DNA of 64,000 bases from Rozella allomycis CSF55 (lineage: Eukaryota): assembly GCA_000442015.1 (NCBI GenBank), contig KE561265.1, forward strand, positions 1 through 64,000, read 5' to 3'. This document shows positions 63,134 to 64,000 of the stretch, piece after piece. Every line of letters starts with the position of its first letter. The stretch's first letter is position 1. A model generated the notes under the pieces. That model had not been told where the DNA came from and searched no databases. It saw only the letters and a list, made by a program, of their open reading frames with translations. Made by a program: the position numbers and the translations under genes.

Positions 63134-64000
63134 TTATTTACTCTTTTTTGGGCGCAATGGTGCTTCAACTATTTTTTGGTATTTTTCAGATAAAGAAACA
63201 TCGGGTTTAATATTTGCTAAAGATGGTCCATGAGTGAGTTTTATTGTTCCTGAAGGCATCAACAAAATCGTTGTGGCGAATTGAGCAACAATTTCGTTTT
63301 CTTTGTCAACTAAAACTTCGTATGGCAACAGCACGTTAGTCTTTAAACATTCAGTCAAGCCCAATCTCGCAATCTTTTCATCATCAAAAGATCTTTTAGA
63401 ATAAATGCTTTAGTTTACCTCAAAGAAAATGCCATCGTTCCAAATTCTTTGCTTACTTGACTGTACAAAGCTCTACTTGCCTTAATTTTAAGCATGTAGT
63501 TTTGATTTGACTTGCGGAAAATATTTGTTTTAAAATCACTCGCAGTTTTTACTTTTCCATCACCTGTTGTCACCAAAACATCTACATTGTAAATTTCATG
63601 CTCTTCAAACTTTGCTTCTTCATGTGCCTTGATTTGACTTGGATTGCTACACAATAAAATCGATTTATTTGAGGTTAAATTGTTTCTTTCAATCTTATGA
63701 GATAACATGCCTAATTAAATACATTATCTTCGACTACCTTCAACAACATTGCATTTAAACTCTTTGACTACATCATTAACTGCATGAGTGACTTGCACAT
63801 TTGAATTTCCAGGTCGGATAGTCCTGATAGCAACTTCAAGGGCATTATGTGCAGCTGCAATAACATTGGCCTTTCTTCCAGCTGCAACTTCATTTCCTAC
63901 AATAATGGTATGCGCGACCATAGCAGGAAAGCCATCGATATGCGCACCCATTTCTATTTTAACAACATCATTATTCTTCAATAAAATAGGAGCTTCCGTT
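63134..64000 (-). CDS. PA2G4: Proliferation-associated 2G4/Cdb4 (M24-fold, non-catalytic), 5' end outside the window
   Basis: VVKIEMGAHIDGF, GRKANVIAAAH, VEGMLSH and VAQFATTILLMPSG motifs. Confidence 0.88.

Overview
This is eukaryotic nuclear DNA: very AT-rich, gene-dense, with about 33 protein-coding genes and 2 tRNAs. Single Ns mark contig joins. Flagellar genes (IFT144/WDR19, IFT81, ARMC4/ODAD2), EFL, a Rim15-like kinase and uniformly tiny introns point to a zoosporic, early-diverging fungal lineage; Rozella/Cryptomycota-like is my inference. I traced roughly 140 introns by hand, and nearly all are 24-35 nt GT-AG with no clear polypyrimidine tract. Two splicing features stand out. (1) Every traced intron longer than about 40 nt (four cases) splits exactly into 2-3 back-to-back 26-31 nt GT..AG units joined at AG|GT with zero-length exons. 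In one case two units are a 27/31-identical tandem duplication. This suggests recursive or 'stacked' mini-intron splicing. (2) Seven introns of modal length (26-29 nt) restore the reading frame and/or conserved motifs best, or only, if they end in TG, CG or GG rather than AG, and all are followed by exonic A. Together these suggest a spliceosome that measures intron length and has relaxed 3' splice-site recognition. Other observations: multi-kb mirror-image G/C-skew domains independent of gene strand, stop codons embedded in AATAAA, an E2F-type site just upstream of CDC7, CTC1- and LARP7-like genes, and a secreted expansin/RlpA-like protein. The first 2.6 kb is a fragmented region containing a PD-(D/E)XK-type gene and retroelement debris. 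All splicing claims are inferred from DNA alone and need RNA-seq.
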